A stretch of 10,229 nt of DNA from a virus (taxonomy: Duplodnaviria; Heunggongvirae; Uroviricota; Caudoviricetes): IMG/VR virus record IMGVR_UViG_2541047831_000006. One strand, 5' to 3'. Position 1 is the first letter of the stretch. Each line of letters begins with the position of its first letter. The position numbers were made by a program, and so were the translations under genes. Shown here piece by piece: positions 8,355-10,229 of this stretch. The notes under the pieces were generated by a model. It saw only the letters and a program-made list of their open reading frames with translations. It was not told the DNA's origin and did not search any database.

Positions 8355-8630
8355 TTATTGAGCTTCTTTTTGTGATGCCTGTGCGACTCTGGTGAGCGAT
8401 TGTGTGACCGTACTGATCGCTCTGTCATATGCTGTGCTACCTTTTGGCGTATTTGCCAGACGTAACAAGGCATTTCGTATAACAGGGCTTTCGTATGCCT
8501 TCGCAGCTCCTCCTACGACACCAGCAGCAGGAACAACAAACGCAGCCGTTTTTAGCATCCCCGCTAATACTGCTGCGTTTATGATGCCACCACCAACTAA
8601 CAATCCATAAAGCTGCTGACCATTTAAGTT
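8355..8630 (-). pseudogene. Possible 3' fragment of a gene truncated by IS911 copy 2 (Gly/Ala-rich hydrophobic segment, then a polar C-terminus)
   Basis: The minus-strand frame is open from the IS boundary (8630) through to the stop at 8355. The only in-frame starts are TTG (8603) and an ATG (8558) with a weak RBS. No target-site duplication at this IS copy. Confidence 0.3.
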
Positions 8631-8702
8631 TGAAGTGGTTTACTGAATTTGGCCACCTGAACAGAGGTGATATGCTCACCTCAGAACAACACAGGTGCCA
8701 TA

Positions 8703-9850
<1,148 letters not shown>

Positions 9851-9961
9851 CTCGGTGGCCAGTTTTTGTTGACCACTTCACTATGACCACTGGATGCTGT
9901 GGGCGCAGATAGCACATGCAGACGTAACTAATATTCGAATTGAAGAACTGAAAGAACACCA

Positions 9962-9985
9962 AGCCGCCTGATGGCGGTTTTTTAT
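9962..9985 (+). terminator. Candidate rho-independent terminator (plus strand): stem AGCCGCC/GGCGGTT, loop TGAT, then a T-run
   Basis: AAGCCGCCTGATGGCGGTTTTTTATT. The upstream gene it would terminate is not evident, possibly lost at the IS911 junction. Confidence 0.35.
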
Positions 9986-9993
9986 TGCCTGAT

Positions 9994-10009
9994 TTGCAGG
10001 TTCGATTCC
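9994..10009 (+). other. tRNA 3'-end-like motif (TTGCAGGTTCGATTCC, T-arm-like); possible integrase attachment-site core or remnant resembling the 3' part of a tRNA-Arg gene
   Basis: GGTTCGATTCC is a canonical T-loop sequence, but the flanks do not complete a tRNA cloverleaf. From memory the 16-mer matches the argW T-arm; this is unverified. Confidence 0.3.
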
Positions 10010-10028
10010 CTATTCGGAGATAGCACTC

Positions 10029-10229
10029 ATGCAACACGAACTACAACCTGATTCACTGGTTGATTTGAAATTCATCATGGCCGATACTGGCTTCGGTAAA
10101 ACCTTCATCTATGACCGGATTAAGTCCGGCGACCTGCCAAAAGCCAAAGTTATCCACGGGCGAGCAAGATGGTTATATCGTGACCATTGTGAATTCAAAA
10201 ATAAGCTCTTAAGCCGCGCCAATGGGTAA
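10029..10229 (+). CDS. AlpA-family (phage excisionase-like, MerR-type HTH) transcriptional regulator, 66 aa
   Basis: GGAGA 8 nt upstream of the ATG. The segment LKFIMADTGFGKTFIYDRIKSGDLPKAKVIHGRARWLYRDHCEFKNKL has the AlpA-like pattern. Such genes typically sit in integrase-bearing islands. Confidence 0.55.
   Translation: MQHELQPDSLVDLKFIMADTGFGKTFIYDRIKSGDLPKAKVIHGRARWLYRDHCEFKNKLLSRANG

Noticed and set aside
8234-8679. ORFs 8234..8473(-), 8392..8610(+), 8437..8679(-)
   Set aside because: Overlap the membrane-protein gene or the fragment ORF, or cross the IS911 end; low-complexity translations.
9961-10028. Complete tRNA gene
   Set aside because: Only a T-arm-like 16-mer is present; the upstream sequence does not form acceptor, D or anticodon arms and no CCA or acceptor 3' strand follows.

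Overview
This window looks like the right arm of a P22-like, CUS-3-type prophage from an E. coli K1-type genome, degraded by two IS911 insertions. From left to right: (1) the 5' end of neuO on the minus strand, carrying its phase-variable heptanucleotide array (AAGACTC on the coding strand), which runs off the window edge; (2) an endosialidase tailspike gene on the minus strand, split by a 1250-bp IS911 copy into a C-terminal part (253..2714) and an N-terminal P22-like head-binding part (3965..4451); (3) an immI-like immunity module with ant and arc on the minus strand, mnt on the plus strand, divergent promoters carrying a 12-bp inverted-repeat operator pair, and a candidate sar-like antisense RNA; (4) a moron region holding a ClpP-fold serine peptidase gene translationally coupled to mnt, a two-gene minus-strand operon whose second gene resembles YafO-family toxins, and a small four-helix membrane protein; (5) a second, identical IS911 copy in inverted orientation without a target-site duplication, abutting a truncated gene fragment; (6) beyond it, a tRNA 3'-end-like motif and an AlpA-like regulator gene suggesting a different mobile element. 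All homology calls come from reading the translated ORFs against remembered protein families; no searches were run. The most likely undescribed system is the mnt-coupled ClpP-like peptidase, with the hypothetical-protein/YafO-like pair as the second candidate.
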